A DNA stretch of 64,000 nucleotides from Candidatus Poribacteria bacterium (GTDB taxonomy: Bacteria > Poribacteria > WGA-4E > PCPOR2b): NCBI GenBank assembly GCA_965208325.1, contig OZ242326.1, positions 1,952,001-2,016,000 on the forward strand, in the 5' to 3' direction. A program made the translations under genes and the position numbers. The notes below the pieces were generated by a model. It saw nothing but the letters and a program-made list of their open reading frames with translations, ran no database searches and was not told where the DNA came from. Numbering within the stretch: position 1 is the first letter of the stretch; each line of letters opens with the position of its first letter. Positions 50,323 to 60,620 of this stretch are shown here, piece after piece.

Positions 50323-51276
50323 ATGATAATGGACCAATCAACATCGAACCGCGGCGCCGAGATTGAAATTGAGGGTAGCGGCGGGTTTAGATACGAGGTC
50401 GCCCAAGATTGGGAACAGTTGCCGCAAGGATTACGCTTCGGCGAAGTGGCAGGGGTAGCGGTAGACTCAAACGACCGCGTTTATGTTTTCCACCGCAGCG
50501 AGACTCCGGTTGTTATCTTCGAGCGCGACGGCACTTTTGTGAACTCTTGGGGCGAGGGAGACTTCGCTCGACCACACGGCATATTTATTGGACCTGACGA
50601 TTCAGTGTATCTTACCGATGATTTCGACCACACCGTTCGGAAGTTTACGACGGACGGCGAGCTACTCCTGACGTTGGGTGTCAGCGGCGAATGCCCGGAT
50701 ACCGGCGTAATAAACATGGATCCGGGCACGGTTGTCCGCGCGGGACCGCCCTTCAATTTGCCGACCAATTTAGGTCTTTCCCAGAATGGCGACATGTATA
50801 TCTCGGATGGTTATGGCAACGCGCGCGTCCACAAATTTTCGGCGGATGGCGAGTTGCTTTTATCGTGGGGAGAACCCGGCACTGGGCCCGGGCAGTTTAT
50901 TCTCCCGCACGGCGTGGCTCTGGACCGGAATGACAAAGTGTACGTCGCGGATCGGTCGAACAACCGAATCCAAGTCTTCACGGCTGGCGGCGAGTATCTG
51001 ACCGAATGGACGGATACAGAATCTCCGTGCCAGCTATTCATTGACGCCGACGACTATGCTTACGTAGCGGAATTGCCCGGCCGAGTCAGTATTTTTGATC
51101 TCAACGGCGCACTCCAAGCACGGTGGGGTACCGGCAGCGGGGCGGACATTCCGGGCGATTTGCAGGGCGCCCACGGGATTTATGTTGATGCGCATGGAGA
51201 CTTGTACGTGGGAGAAGTCGGTCTTATGCCAGAATCGCCGAATCGACATCATTTGCAGAAGTTTATCCGAATTTGA
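50323..51276 (+). CDS. NHL-repeat protein (peptidyl-alpha-hydroxyglycine amidating lyase-like family)
   Basis: GVAVDSNDRVYVFHR, RPHGI, YISDGYGNARVHKFS, PGQFILPHG and YVADRSNNRIQVF. Confidence 0.9.
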   Translation: MIMDQSTSNRGAEIEIEGSGGFRYEVAQDWEQLPQGLRFGEVAGVAVDSNDRVYVFHRSETPVVIFERDGTFVNSWGEGDFARPHGIFIGPDDSVYLTDDFDHTVRKFTTDGELLLTLGVSGECPDTGVINMDPGTVVRAGPPFNLPTNLGLSQNGDMYISDGYGNARVHKFSADGELLLSWGEPGTGPGQFILPHGVALDRNDKVYVADRSNNRIQVFTAGGEYLTEWTDTESPCQLFIDADDYAYVAELPGRVSIFDLNGALQARWGTGSGADIPGDLQGAHGIYVDAHGDLYVGEVGLMPESPNRHHLQKFIRI

Positions 51277-51296
51277 ATCTAATTTGAATGTATTTG

Positions 51297-51325
51297 CCTT
51301 CGGAAGGACTTCAGCCTTCCGAAGG
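51297..51325. repeat. Perfect 11-bp inverted repeat (REP-like or terminator)
   Basis: ccttcggaagg-acttcag-ccttccgaagg. Confidence 0.55.
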
Positions 51326-51387
51326 TTCCACGCTCCAGCAAACCGTATCGACCACAATCAGATTTATATTGAAAGACCAGAGGCGAC

Positions 51388-52218
51388 ATGAGAACGTACG
51401 ATTGCGAACCGACGTTAAACGACTTACAAGTTCTGGAATTCTGCCATAACGGTTATTTGATGCTAGAGGGCGTTGTGCCGGACGAAATTAACAAAAGAAC
51501 TACCCAGTTTCTGGAAGAACGCACAGGAGAGACGTTCGGCAAAATTGTGGATGAAGACTGGTTTGTGGACAATGTGCTTACCAATCCACAGGCGGCGGGT
51601 GCGGTGCGGTCACTGCTCGGCAAGGATTTCTCTCTGACGATGCCTTACATGGCAAATCATCAAGCTGAGGGGCCGGGGCCAGCGCAAGGCTGGCACCGGG
51701 ACGGCGGCTCTGTATATAGCCACGAACTCGATTCGCTTCAAGTTTTCTACTATCCGCAAGATACGCCCTTAGCGATGGGGCCAACTGAAGTGGTGCCGGG
51801 CTCCCATTTTCTTTTTGCCTTACAAGGTTTTATGCATCACTACACGGGAATCCGAGAGGCGGTTTCTACCGCTGCACCGGCTGGATCCATCTTCCTTACC
51901 GTTTATTCAATATGGCACCGTCGCGGTGCGTCCACCCTCGGCGGCACCCGCAACTTGCTCAAATACTGGTACATGCGGACTTCACCGCCGGAACGGGACT
52001 GGGTAATCGACCCGGAATTTGACTTAGAGCACGCCTATCACGTCCCCGTCAAAAACACCTTCAACCGAGAAGGGCATCGAGCGCGCAATGACGCCGCGGA
52101 GATGTTTTATTGGTTGTGCGGGAAACAGAACGAATACCGCGCACGAAGCAACAATCTGCCCGTGTATTACTATGAACAGCGAAAACTCTGTAAATATTGC
52201 GGATACCGCGTGCGGTAG
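51388..52218 (+). CDS. PhyH-family Fe(II)/2OG dioxygenase
   Basis: QGWHRDG, FYYPQDTP...GPTEVVPGSH and IWHRR. C-terminal CKYC. Confidence 0.88.
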   Translation: MRTYDCEPTLNDLQVLEFCHNGYLMLEGVVPDEINKRTTQFLEERTGETFGKIVDEDWFVDNVLTNPQAAGAVRSLLGKDFSLTMPYMANHQAEGPGPAQGWHRDGGSVYSHELDSLQVFYYPQDTPLAMGPTEVVPGSHFLFALQGFMHHYTGIREAVSTAAPAGSIFLTVYSIWHRRGASTLGGTRNLLKYWYMRTSPPERDWVIDPEFDLEHAYHVPVKNTFNREGHRARNDAAEMFYWLCGKQNEYRARSNNLPVYYYEQRKLCKYCGYRVR

Positions 52219-52248
52219 ACATGCCAAATGTGGAGATAAGACACAGTT

Positions 52249-53043
52249 ATGAGAACTTACGATTGCGCGCCAACGTTGACTGACTCGCAAGTTTTGGATT
52301 TTTGCCGTGCGGGCTTTCTGATGCTTGAAGGCGTTGTTCCGGACGAGATTAACACAAGGGCGTTCGATTATTTGGACGAGCATCCCGAACATACGCCGCT
52401 CCAAATTTTGGAGGAGGACTGGTTTGTCGACAATGTCATCCTTAATCCAGAGGCGGCTGGTGCGATTCGGTCGGTGTTGGGCAAGAATTTTGCGTTGACC
52501 ATGCCTTACATGGCAAATCACCGCGTGCAGTGTCCGGAGACCGCACAGGGATGGCATCGGGACAAAGGCTCGGTGTTTACTCATGGGCTGGATTCGTTGC
52601 AGGTGTTTTACTATCCACAGGATACGCCTCTGGAGCTTGGCCCGACGGAAATCATACCGGGGTCGCATTTTCGGTACGCCGATGGAATCGCTATGAGCCA
52701 CTACGGCAGCATTCGAAATTCGGTGTCAACTGCGGCGCCTGCCGGCTCGATTTTCCTCACTGTCTATTCGATATGGCACCGGCGTACTGTGTCTACAGCG
52801 AGCGGGACGCGGAATCTGTTGAAGTATTGGTACATGCGGACGGTGCCGCCAGAGCGAGATTGGATTATAGAGCCGGAGTTTGAACTCGAGCACGCCTATC
52901 ATGTTTCGATTTCCGACACGGCGGAGATGTTCTATTGGCTTTGCGGGCGACACAGTGAGTACCGCGCACGGCGGAACAACCTACCGTCCTACTACTATGA
53001 GGCGAGGAAGCTGTGTAAGTATTGCGGATATCGCATTGGGTAG
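52249..53043 (+). CDS. PhyH-family Fe(II)/2OG dioxygenase, tandem paralog
   Basis: Colinear and highly similar to 51388-52218, with QGWHRDK, IWHRR and CKYC. Confidence 0.88.
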   Translation: MRTYDCAPTLTDSQVLDFCRAGFLMLEGVVPDEINTRAFDYLDEHPEHTPLQILEEDWFVDNVILNPEAAGAIRSVLGKNFALTMPYMANHRVQCPETAQGWHRDKGSVFTHGLDSLQVFYYPQDTPLELGPTEIIPGSHFRYADGIAMSHYGSIRNSVSTAAPAGSIFLTVYSIWHRRTVSTASGTRNLLKYWYMRTVPPERDWIIEPEFELEHAYHVSISDTAEMFYWLCGRHSEYRARRNNLPSYYYEARKLCKYCGYRIG

Positions 53044-53091
53044 ATAAACGGCACAATTGGGGCAATCAATTGGTTAGATTCTAATTGCGCT

Positions 53092-55461
53092 TTAACGTGC
53101 GCCGTAAGTGTTTTGTTCTGATGGAGGGCGCGCCGGCTGGTACAAGTCGAAATCAACGGTGTTGAAATCGGTGCCGGCGGGCAGTAGAAAGTAGACCGCC
53201 CCCGGCGCGGTTGGAAATTCCGCAATTGGATTAGTGAACGACTGGACGAGTTCTCCTGAAGAATCGTACAACTTCGCGGGGGTCGCATAAGGGTCCACAA
53301 TACGGCACATCCCGCCAACGGTACTCTCCACGCTCACGAATTTGACCTGACCCGCTTTCAGGCACGAGGAGACCAGAAACGCATCTTCCGTCCGCAGCCG
53401 GTAAAAAGCGGCATCCTCCCACGCTTTTGGCAGCGCCGGAAACACACGGATAGTCCCGCCCCAACTTTGGATCAGCATTTCCATAATTACCGCAGGCATT
53501 CCGAGACTCGGTTCCAACGGCACGCCTTCCGCTGCTTTGCCCCGTACATACGGCGCATTGGTGGCGAGACCAACCGGCGTAACATAGTTCTCATACGCTT
53601 TAAGCGCTTCGACACACTTATCACCTTTTCCAACCCGCGCATAAATCATCGCGAGGTACACGTAGGACCAGCACTGCCAGTCAACTACAAATCCGTGAGA
53701 TTCAACCTGTGCAAGGCTCTGATTGATGAGATTATTGTCTTCCGTTTCGCCGTCAATCGAAATCTGGTGCATCGGATACATCGGAAACAGGTGAGTCATG
53801 TGGCGGTGCGGACGGTCTAGCGGTTGCCCGCTCCAGATGTGGAGCCCATCCGTCCCTTGCGGGAAGGGTGCGAGATTCGACTGAACATCCCGCCAGCGTT
53901 CGGCATCCGGATCGTCGATTTTGAGAATACCCACCGATTCAAGAAGAGACTCCGTTAGAAAACGGATGAGCGCCAAATCTGCGGAGGCGTCAGGTCCCCA
54001 CGGAATCCCATTTTCGGGGATGAATTCCGGCGAACAGGACCACGGGAGATGCCACAGTCCATCGCCGCCTCGTTCAAGCATGCCGAGATAGGTCTTCATG
54101 AACTCGCGCATCATCGGGTAGGCGCGTTCCCGCAGAAATTTTTCGTCGAGCGAATAGCGGTAGCGCAGCCAAAAGAAATGACACACCCATGCACCGCAAC
54201 CGGGCCAATAGGTGGTGCTAGCATCGCCCATTAGGCTGATTGTCCCGTCTGCGCCAAGCGCGCCGCCGAGCCACGGACCTTCCCAGCCGAACTCCCTGCC
54301 GCGCCGGCAGAATTCCGGGAGGAGTTTCAAACTCCATTCGCAGAGCGCGTCTAACATCTCAAGCCGATTCGAGGTGAAGGTGGGCCAATAATACATTGGC
54401 AGATCAAAGTGAGGCCGCCCAGCGCCAACCACCATATCCGTATCGGGTGTCCAGGGCGCCAGAAGTCCCATGGGCCAATGCTTTTCGGGGTTTGAAGCTG
54501 AACCGAGCTGGCAGATTCCTAAATAGTAGAGGCTTTCGAGTTGGCTATCCGGGATGGAGATAAAAGAACGCGACCAAAATGCACGCCACCAAGCCGTATG
54601 TGCTTCCAAAAGCGATGCAACGCCCTCCTGTTTTGCTTCGCGGAGCACGGCTCTGGCGCGTAGATCAGGATTGGGCGCCTCCGCGGAACTCGCCAAAGTT
54701 ATGTAGAAAACGCAACGATTCGGGGCTGGACGGCCGGTTATACCGCTAACATAGAACTCCTGCCCGTTCAACATTGCCTGTTTCCAACCCCATTCCCGTC
54801 CGCCAAGGTCGAGTTCAGCGGGAGGATACGCTACGGGCTGCTCGGGACCTGCCGCCCGAACATCGCCCGGCATACCGCTGAAGCGGAACTGCCCCAATTC
54901 CACCTCAGCCGGGTGACAGGCAACTGATGGAGAGAATGTATGCGCATCCGTTTCTATAGTGATTACAATTACATTTTTTTGCGGCGGGATGAAGGCTGAC
55001 AGGTTGAGATTCTGTTTTGCTGAAACCATCTGGGCAATTGCCTGCGCGCGGCTTAACTGAAGCCGTCCTCGAAAATCCGTCGGGGGAGCGCCGAGGTTTA
55101 TTTCGATTCGACCAACGGGGGGATGGTAGACGAGCTGCCAGCTTTTGGAGAAAACTCCTTCTGTGTCCTGCCACTGTCCAGTTTCCAAGCCGGCGACAAG
55201 GGTGCTCCAATGGTAGTCCGGGTGGATAACTTTTGTCTGCGGGGCGGTTTCGAATAGGTCGAGCTTATCAAGCGAAATGTTCAGCCGTTCCGCTTCGAAC
55301 CAGAGTACGGCGCCGATGTCGCCGTTGGCGAGCAGCATTCCCTCGTCCCAGATTTCGGGTGCACGTTCATACAGGAGATCGTGCTGTTTCAACCACTGGT
55401 CCATGTCTGGCAATGCTATAGACTCAGGTTGAGAGGTTTGTGGATGAGTTGCAAATGTCAC
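53092..55461 (-). CDS. GH95-like glycoside hydrolase (alpha-L-fucosidase-like, (alpha/alpha)6 barrel)
   Basis: WDEGMLLANGDIGA, HTAWWRAFWSRS, FLRERAYP, SCSPE, HRHMTHLFPMYP and EMLIQSWGGTIRVFPALP..W. Confidence 0.82.
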   Translation of the reverse strand: MTFATHPQTSQPESIALPDMDQWLKQHDLLYERAPEIWDEGMLLANGDIGAVLWFEAERLNISLDKLDLFETAPQTKVIHPDYHWSTLVAGLETGQWQDTEGVFSKSWQLVYHPPVGRIEINLGAPPTDFRGRLQLSRAQAIAQMVSAKQNLNLSAFIPPQKNVIVITIETDAHTFSPSVACHPAEVELGQFRFSGMPGDVRAAGPEQPVAYPPAELDLGGREWGWKQAMLNGQEFYVSGITGRPAPNRCVFYITLASSAEAPNPDLRARAVLREAKQEGVASLLEAHTAWWRAFWSRSFISIPDSQLESLYYLGICQLGSASNPEKHWPMGLLAPWTPDTDMVVGAGRPHFDLPMYYWPTFTSNRLEMLDALCEWSLKLLPEFCRRGREFGWEGPWLGGALGADGTISLMGDASTTYWPGCGAWVCHFFWLRYRYSLDEKFLRERAYPMMREFMKTYLGMLERGGDGLWHLPWSCSPEFIPENGIPWGPDASADLALIRFLTESLLESVGILKIDDPDAERWRDVQSNLAPFPQGTDGLHIWSGQPLDRPHRHMTHLFPMYPMHQISIDGETEDNNLINQSLAQVESHGFVVDWQCWSYVYLAMIYARVGKGDKCVEALKAYENYVTPVGLATNAPYVRGKAAEGVPLEPSLGMPAVIMEMLIQSWGGTIRVFPALPKAWEDAAFYRLRTEDAFLVSSCLKAGQVKFVSVESTVGGMCRIVDPYATPAKLYDSSGELVQSFTNPIAEFPTAPGAVYFLLPAGTDFNTVDFDLYQPARPPSEQNTYGAR

Positions 55462-55719
55462 GGTAGGGTTCCTTCAAGCTAAGGTGTAGGGGCGCGGTGC
55501 TAACATTAAGTCTTGGCGCTCTATATGAATTGTTAATGCTTCGTTTGCTGTTTATTGCGCCAAATTGTTGTGCCAGAATATCGATCTTGACAGCGGTTAA
55601 CGGGTCGGCTATGATATTCGCGAATTGTCCGCTCATTTCTGCCTTGAAAAGAGAATAACACCCCTCCACCCAATTGTCTAGAGATTTTTGGAATACCCGA
55701 TCTTACGCTTAGCGTTAAA

Positions 55720-57037
55720 GAAGCCAAGTTTTGAAGAAAAAACTCGGCTTCAAACAAAGCCCGCGATTCGGAGATGGATGCTGCGGGATACAGCAGTTGT
55801 CTGAACTGTGATTTATTTGATTGAATGGTGGGCTATGATTGTGGGAGCACATAATGATTCGGTGTTGAAGCGTAGGCGGATTGGCTACCGCTTACAACAA
55901 CTCGGACTTCGCCAATTGGTGTTTGGGACAGTGTTCGTGTTGGGTAATCATTTGGGATGGGAGAGGTTTTAAAAGCGTTGGGTTTCGCTCCATTCATCGG
56001 AATTTGCACGCGGTGAGGTTGACGAAGCGATTCGTATTGATGGGCGGTTTTTGGCTGAATACGCTCTACCCAACCTACAAGAACTGTCTGAACTGTGATT
56101 TATTTGATTGAATGATGGGCTATGATTGTGGGAACACATAATGATTCGGTGTTGAAGCGTAGGCGGATTGGCTACCGCTTACAACAACTAGGACTTCGCC
56201 AATTGGTGTTTGGGACTTGTTCGTGTGGGGTAATCATTTGGGATGGGAGAGGTTTCAAAAGCGTTGGGTTTCGCTCCATCCATCGGAGTTTGCACGCGGT
56301 AAGGTTGACGAAGCGATTCGTGTTGATGGGCGGTTTTTGGCTGAATACGCTCTACCCAACCTACAAAAACTGTCTGAACTGTGATTTTTGTGATTGAATG
56401 GTGGGCTATGATTGTGGGAACACATAATGATTCGGTGTTGAAGCGTAGGCGGATTGGCTACCGCTTACAACAACTAGGACTTCGCCAATTGGTGTTTGGG
56501 ACTTGTTCGTGTGGGGTAATCATTTGGGATGGGAGAGGTTTTAAAAGCGTTGGGTTTCGCTCCATTCATCGGAATTTGCACGCGGTGAGGTTGACGAAGC
56601 GATTCGTGTTGATGGGCGGTTTTTGGATGAATCCGCTCTACCCAACCTACAAGAACTGTCTGAACTGTGATTTATTTGATTGAATGATGGGCTATGATTG
56701 TGGGAGCACATAATGATTCGGTGTTGAAGCGTAGGCGGATTGGCTAACGCTTACAACAAATAGGATTGCGTCAATTGGTGTTTGGGACGGTGTTCGTGTT
56801 GGGTAATCATTTGGGATGGGAGAGGTTTCAAAAGCGTTGGGTTTCGCTATATCCATCGGAATTTGCACGCGTTGAGGTTGACGGGGCGATTGGTGTTGAT
56901 GGGCGGTTTTTGGCTGAATCCGCTCTACCCAACCTACAAGAGCTAAATCGCAGAATTTTGCTGCATTTAAGAAACCGAGTTTTGAAGAAAAAAAACTCGG
57001 TTTCAAATAAGGGTCGAGATTTGGAAATCGCTCCTAC
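55720..57037. repeat. Composite REP mosaic, 286-287-bp tandem unit x4 bracketed by E-B modules
   Basis: D at 55977, 56263, 56549 and 56836. Each unit also has gaactgtgatt...gatgggctatgatt and the imperfect hairpin tgttgaagcgtaggc-ggatt-ggctaccgcttacaaca. Confidence 0.92.
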
Positions 57038-57097
57038 AGATGATAGCGGTTCGACAGATTATTGAGAGTTAGCTTGTTGATTTAGAAAGGAACGTGC

Positions 57098-60000
57098 ATG
57101 GCCAATTTGAGCCATCCTTATTTGACGTTGTTATCAACCCTCTACACCGCCGGAAACGGTAATAGAGACAGGTCCGAGACTGCTCATTTCCCATATCTGT
57201 GCCAACCGAGCGTTTCGCCGAACGGGAGCGAAATCGCGTTTTGCTATGCCGGCGACGTGTGGATAGCATCTGCAGAAGGCGGGCAGGCTAGGCGGGTTAC
57301 GACTCACCCGAGCCACGATTCACATCCCATTTTCTCACCGGATGGGAGCGAATTGGCGTTTGCCTCTCAGCGTACAGGCGATGGAAATATTTACGTTATC
57401 TCGCTCAACTCAAGCGAGCCGCCGAGGCGTTTGACACATCACAGCGCATCAGTTCCGCCTGCATGTTGGTCGCCTGACGGAAATTGGATCTATTTTGCAT
57501 CAATGTACGACGGCATCTGCGGCGCGATTTACAAGATATCGGTTGATGGCGGCACGCCAATCCGCGTTGCCGGCGACCCTATGGAATCCCACTATAACGC
57601 GGTTATTTCCCCAGATGGAAGTATGTTGGCGTTTAACAACAACGGACACGCGTGGTGGCGGCGCGGTCCTAATCCGGCGGGGCATTCCGACATCTGGACA
57701 GTGAACGTTTGCGGGACAGGTCATAAACGGTTAACGCAGTACCTTGGCAAAAATCTGAATCCGATGTGGAACGCGGACGGGGATGCACTTTATTATCTCA
57801 ACGACCGCAGCGGCCAGGAAAATATCTGGTGTATGTGCTTGGATGGCGATGGCACCGCTGAACAGATTACGCATTTTACCGACGGACGTGTGTTGCGTCC
57901 ATCAATCTCCGCGGATGGAGAATGGATTGCGTTCGAGCGCGGCTTTCAGCTCTGGCGGTTAAACCTCAGTAATCGAGAGTGCGAACCGATAGACATCGCT
58001 GTGCACACTGACGAGAAATCTAACCCTGTGACGCATCGAACTTACACGGGGGACATCGTCGAATTCCAACTTTCACCGGACGGGAAAAAGGCTGCGTTCA
58101 TTGTCCACGGAGACGTTTTTGCGGATCTCGCCGATAAGGGTGAGAAAGTAAAAAAAGGCGGGGATTCATTTAAGGTCACGGATACGCCCGCCCGTGAGAG
58201 CCAGTTGCGTTGGCACCCGGAGAGTAATCGGGTTGTTTATGTGTCGGATAGGTTGGGGAACAACCAAATCTTCGCGTACGATTTTGTAGCGCGTGAAGAG
58301 ACGCAACTCACCCATTCGCCAGAGCAGAAATTCGCGCCGAAATATTCGCCGGATGGCAAAACGCTCGCCTACATGCAGGGCAATACCGAAATTTGGTTGA
58401 TGGACACCGAAACACTCGATAGCCGCCCGTTCATTATGAATCAGGTATTCGTCAATGTGCCCATACCGGCAGATTTCGGTTGGTCCCCTGATAGCAAATG
58501 GCTTGCTTTTATCGCTCAAGACCAGAATTTTTTCAGCAACCTCTACGTCCAACATGTAGATGACAGCACGCCGAAACAGATTACTTTCTTGAGCAACGTC
58601 CGCGCTTACAACACGCTTTGGTCGCCCGACGGAAAATTCATCATATTCAATACGGGACAGTACCGGACAGAAAACCAGATTGCACGGGTAGACCTTAAGC
58701 CGATCCAGCCAATATTCAAGGAAGAGGATTTTGATAAGCTTTTTGTAGCGGAAAAGGATAACGCTAACGAAGAAGAAAGACCGGAGACTGGCGCCAAACA
58801 ATCCGAAAATGACAAGGCATCCGATAAAGAAAACGATACGGATAAAGCGCAAATAGAACCGGTGGAGATTTCTTTCGAGTCTATCAAGCACCGGCTTCGC
58901 TTCCTCACGGATGCTAAGCTAAACGCGGCGGCGTTGCGTATTCACCCTGACAATAAAACCCTAATCTTCCGGGCTGTCATGAACGGACACCCCAATCTCT
59001 GGAGTATGTTTCTTGAGGATGACAAGCGAGGCGAACTTCCGAAGCAGCTAACTTCAACTGCAACCGGTAAAGGCAATGTTCATTTTATGCCAGATGGCAA
59101 AAGAATCTTTTTCAACGACGGCGGTCGAATTCACACGCTTGGGCTTAGTGAAGACGGCGGCAAAGAAGGTGATTCAAAAATGATTGAAACTATAGCAGAG
59201 GTTAAAATTGATTTTCACCTTCAGAAAATGCAAGCTTTCAATGAGGCGTGGCGGATGATACGGGATAGTTTCTATGATTCCCGATTTCACGGCTGCGATT
59301 GGGAAGGGCTGTTGGGACAATTTCGACCGATTATTCAGAGCGTCCAAACGCAAACGGATTTCCGTGAGGTTTTGAACTTGATGGTCGGTGAACTGAACGC
59401 TTCACACCTTGGCGCACGGGGCGGTAACACGAATAGTTCTGACAGCCACCTCGGCGCGGATTTCGATCAGGTGGCATTGGAGGGGCGCGGGCATTTCAAA
59501 ATTACGCATGTTCTACCGGAATCGCCATTGGCCATGCCATCAGGACCCGCCGAGGTTGGCGAGTATCTACTGGCAGTCGATGGCGTTGAACTCAATGGGC
59601 GAGTCAACCTCTCCGAACTACTCCAGCGAAAAAGCGGTAAACGCGTCGGGGTAAAACTCAACGACAAACCGGAACTCGCGGGCGCACGCGACCTAACGGT
59701 TCAGCCGATTGACGCAAGCCGATACGCCGATCTTCGTTATAAAAATTGGGTGCGATGCAATGGCGAATATGTCAATGAAAAGAGCAACGGCCGGTTCGGA
59801 TACGTCCATATCCCCGCGATGTCCTATGACGCCTACCTCCAATTCACCGCCGATCTTGATGCCGAAACGCACAACAAAGCGGGGGTCATCATAGATGTCC
59901 GCTTCAACCCGGGCGGACACATTGCACCGTTCATCCTCGACGTATTGTACCGAAAAGCGTATACGAGTTCAAGCTATCGCGGGCGTATCGCTACACCGGA

Positions 60001-60367
60001 CACGCATTTAGCTGGGAGCCGCATCCTTGACAAGCCCCTTATACTTATTGTCAATGAGCATTCGGCAAGCAACGCAGAGATGTTCAGCGAAGGATTCCGC
60101 AAGCTAGGATTGGGAAAGGTCGTCGGGATGCCCACTGCCGGCGCCGTTATCTGGACAACGAACTTGAAATTGCTCGACGGGACATGGTTCCGATTGCCGC
60201 GGTTCAAGGTAACAACCCTTGAGGGTGAAAATACCGAAGGGGTTGGCAGACCGGTTGATGTGGAGGTCGACCGCCCGCTTGGAGAAGCCGAACAGGGTGT
60301 AGACAGCCAACTTGATGCCGCGGTCGAACAGTTGCTCGCACAAATTGATAGTGGAAATGAGGCGTAG
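57098..60367 (+). CDS. Tricorn protease homolog (peptidase S41)
   Basis: PD40-like SPDG repeats, MVGELNASHLG, PDZ region, GYVHIPAM, IIDVRFNPGG, catalytic SASNAE and GMPTAGAVI. Confidence 0.93.
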   Translation: MANLSHPYLTLLSTLYTAGNGNRDRSETAHFPYLCQPSVSPNGSEIAFCYAGDVWIASAEGGQARRVTTHPSHDSHPIFSPDGSELAFASQRTGDGNIYVISLNSSEPPRRLTHHSASVPPACWSPDGNWIYFASMYDGICGAIYKISVDGGTPIRVAGDPMESHYNAVISPDGSMLAFNNNGHAWWRRGPNPAGHSDIWTVNVCGTGHKRLTQYLGKNLNPMWNADGDALYYLNDRSGQENIWCMCLDGDGTAEQITHFTDGRVLRPSISADGEWIAFERGFQLWRLNLSNRECEPIDIAVHTDEKSNPVTHRTYTGDIVEFQLSPDGKKAAFIVHGDVFADLADKGEKVKKGGDSFKVTDTPARESQLRWHPESNRVVYVSDRLGNNQIFAYDFVAREETQLTHSPEQKFAPKYSPDGKTLAYMQGNTEIWLMDTETLDSRPFIMNQVFVNVPIPADFGWSPDSKWLAFIAQDQNFFSNLYVQHVDDSTPKQITFLSNVRAYNTLWSPDGKFIIFNTGQYRTENQIARVDLKPIQPIFKEEDFDKLFVAEKDNANEEERPETGAKQSENDKASDKENDTDKAQIEPVEISFESIKHRLRFLTDAKLNAAALRIHPDNKTLIFRAVMNGHPNLWSMFLEDDKRGELPKQLTSTATGKGNVHFMPDGKRIFFNDGGRIHTLGLSEDGGKEGDSKMIETIAEVKIDFHLQKMQAFNEAWRMIRDSFYDSRFHGCDWEGLLGQFRPIIQSVQTQTDFREVLNLMVGELNASHLGARGGNTNSSDSHLGADFDQVALEGRGHFKITHVLPESPLAMPSGPAEVGEYLLAVDGVELNGRVNLSELLQRKSGKRVGVKLNDKPELAGARDLTVQPIDASRYADLRYKNWVRCNGEYVNEKSNGRFGYVHIPAMSYDAYLQFTADLDAETHNKAGVIIDVRFNPGGHIAPFILDVLYRKAYTSSSYRGRIATPDTHLAGSRILDKPLILIVNEHSASNAEMFSEGFRKLGLGKVVGMPTAGAVIWTTNLKLLDGTWFRLPRFKVTTLEGENTEGVGRPVDVEVDRPLGEAEQGVDSQLDAAVEQLLAQIDSGNEA

Positions 60368-60620
60368 GGTACAACACCGATAAGGATTACTGGACATCTT
60401 TCCCAAATAACTCAATGTTGTGGACGGCACGTACAGGCATGAGAGTTTTGACGATTGACAGTTTCCCAAGCCAATCGGTTCGTGGGTTGATGCCATCGGA
60501 CACCGGCATTTTATTGAAAAAGTGGCTATTATTTGTTCTTTGTACCTTTCGCCCCTCTGGGGCTTAATCCGGTAATATTATGGAAAGACATCCACTGATA
60601 AAAGCGGCATTAGCAGGGAT

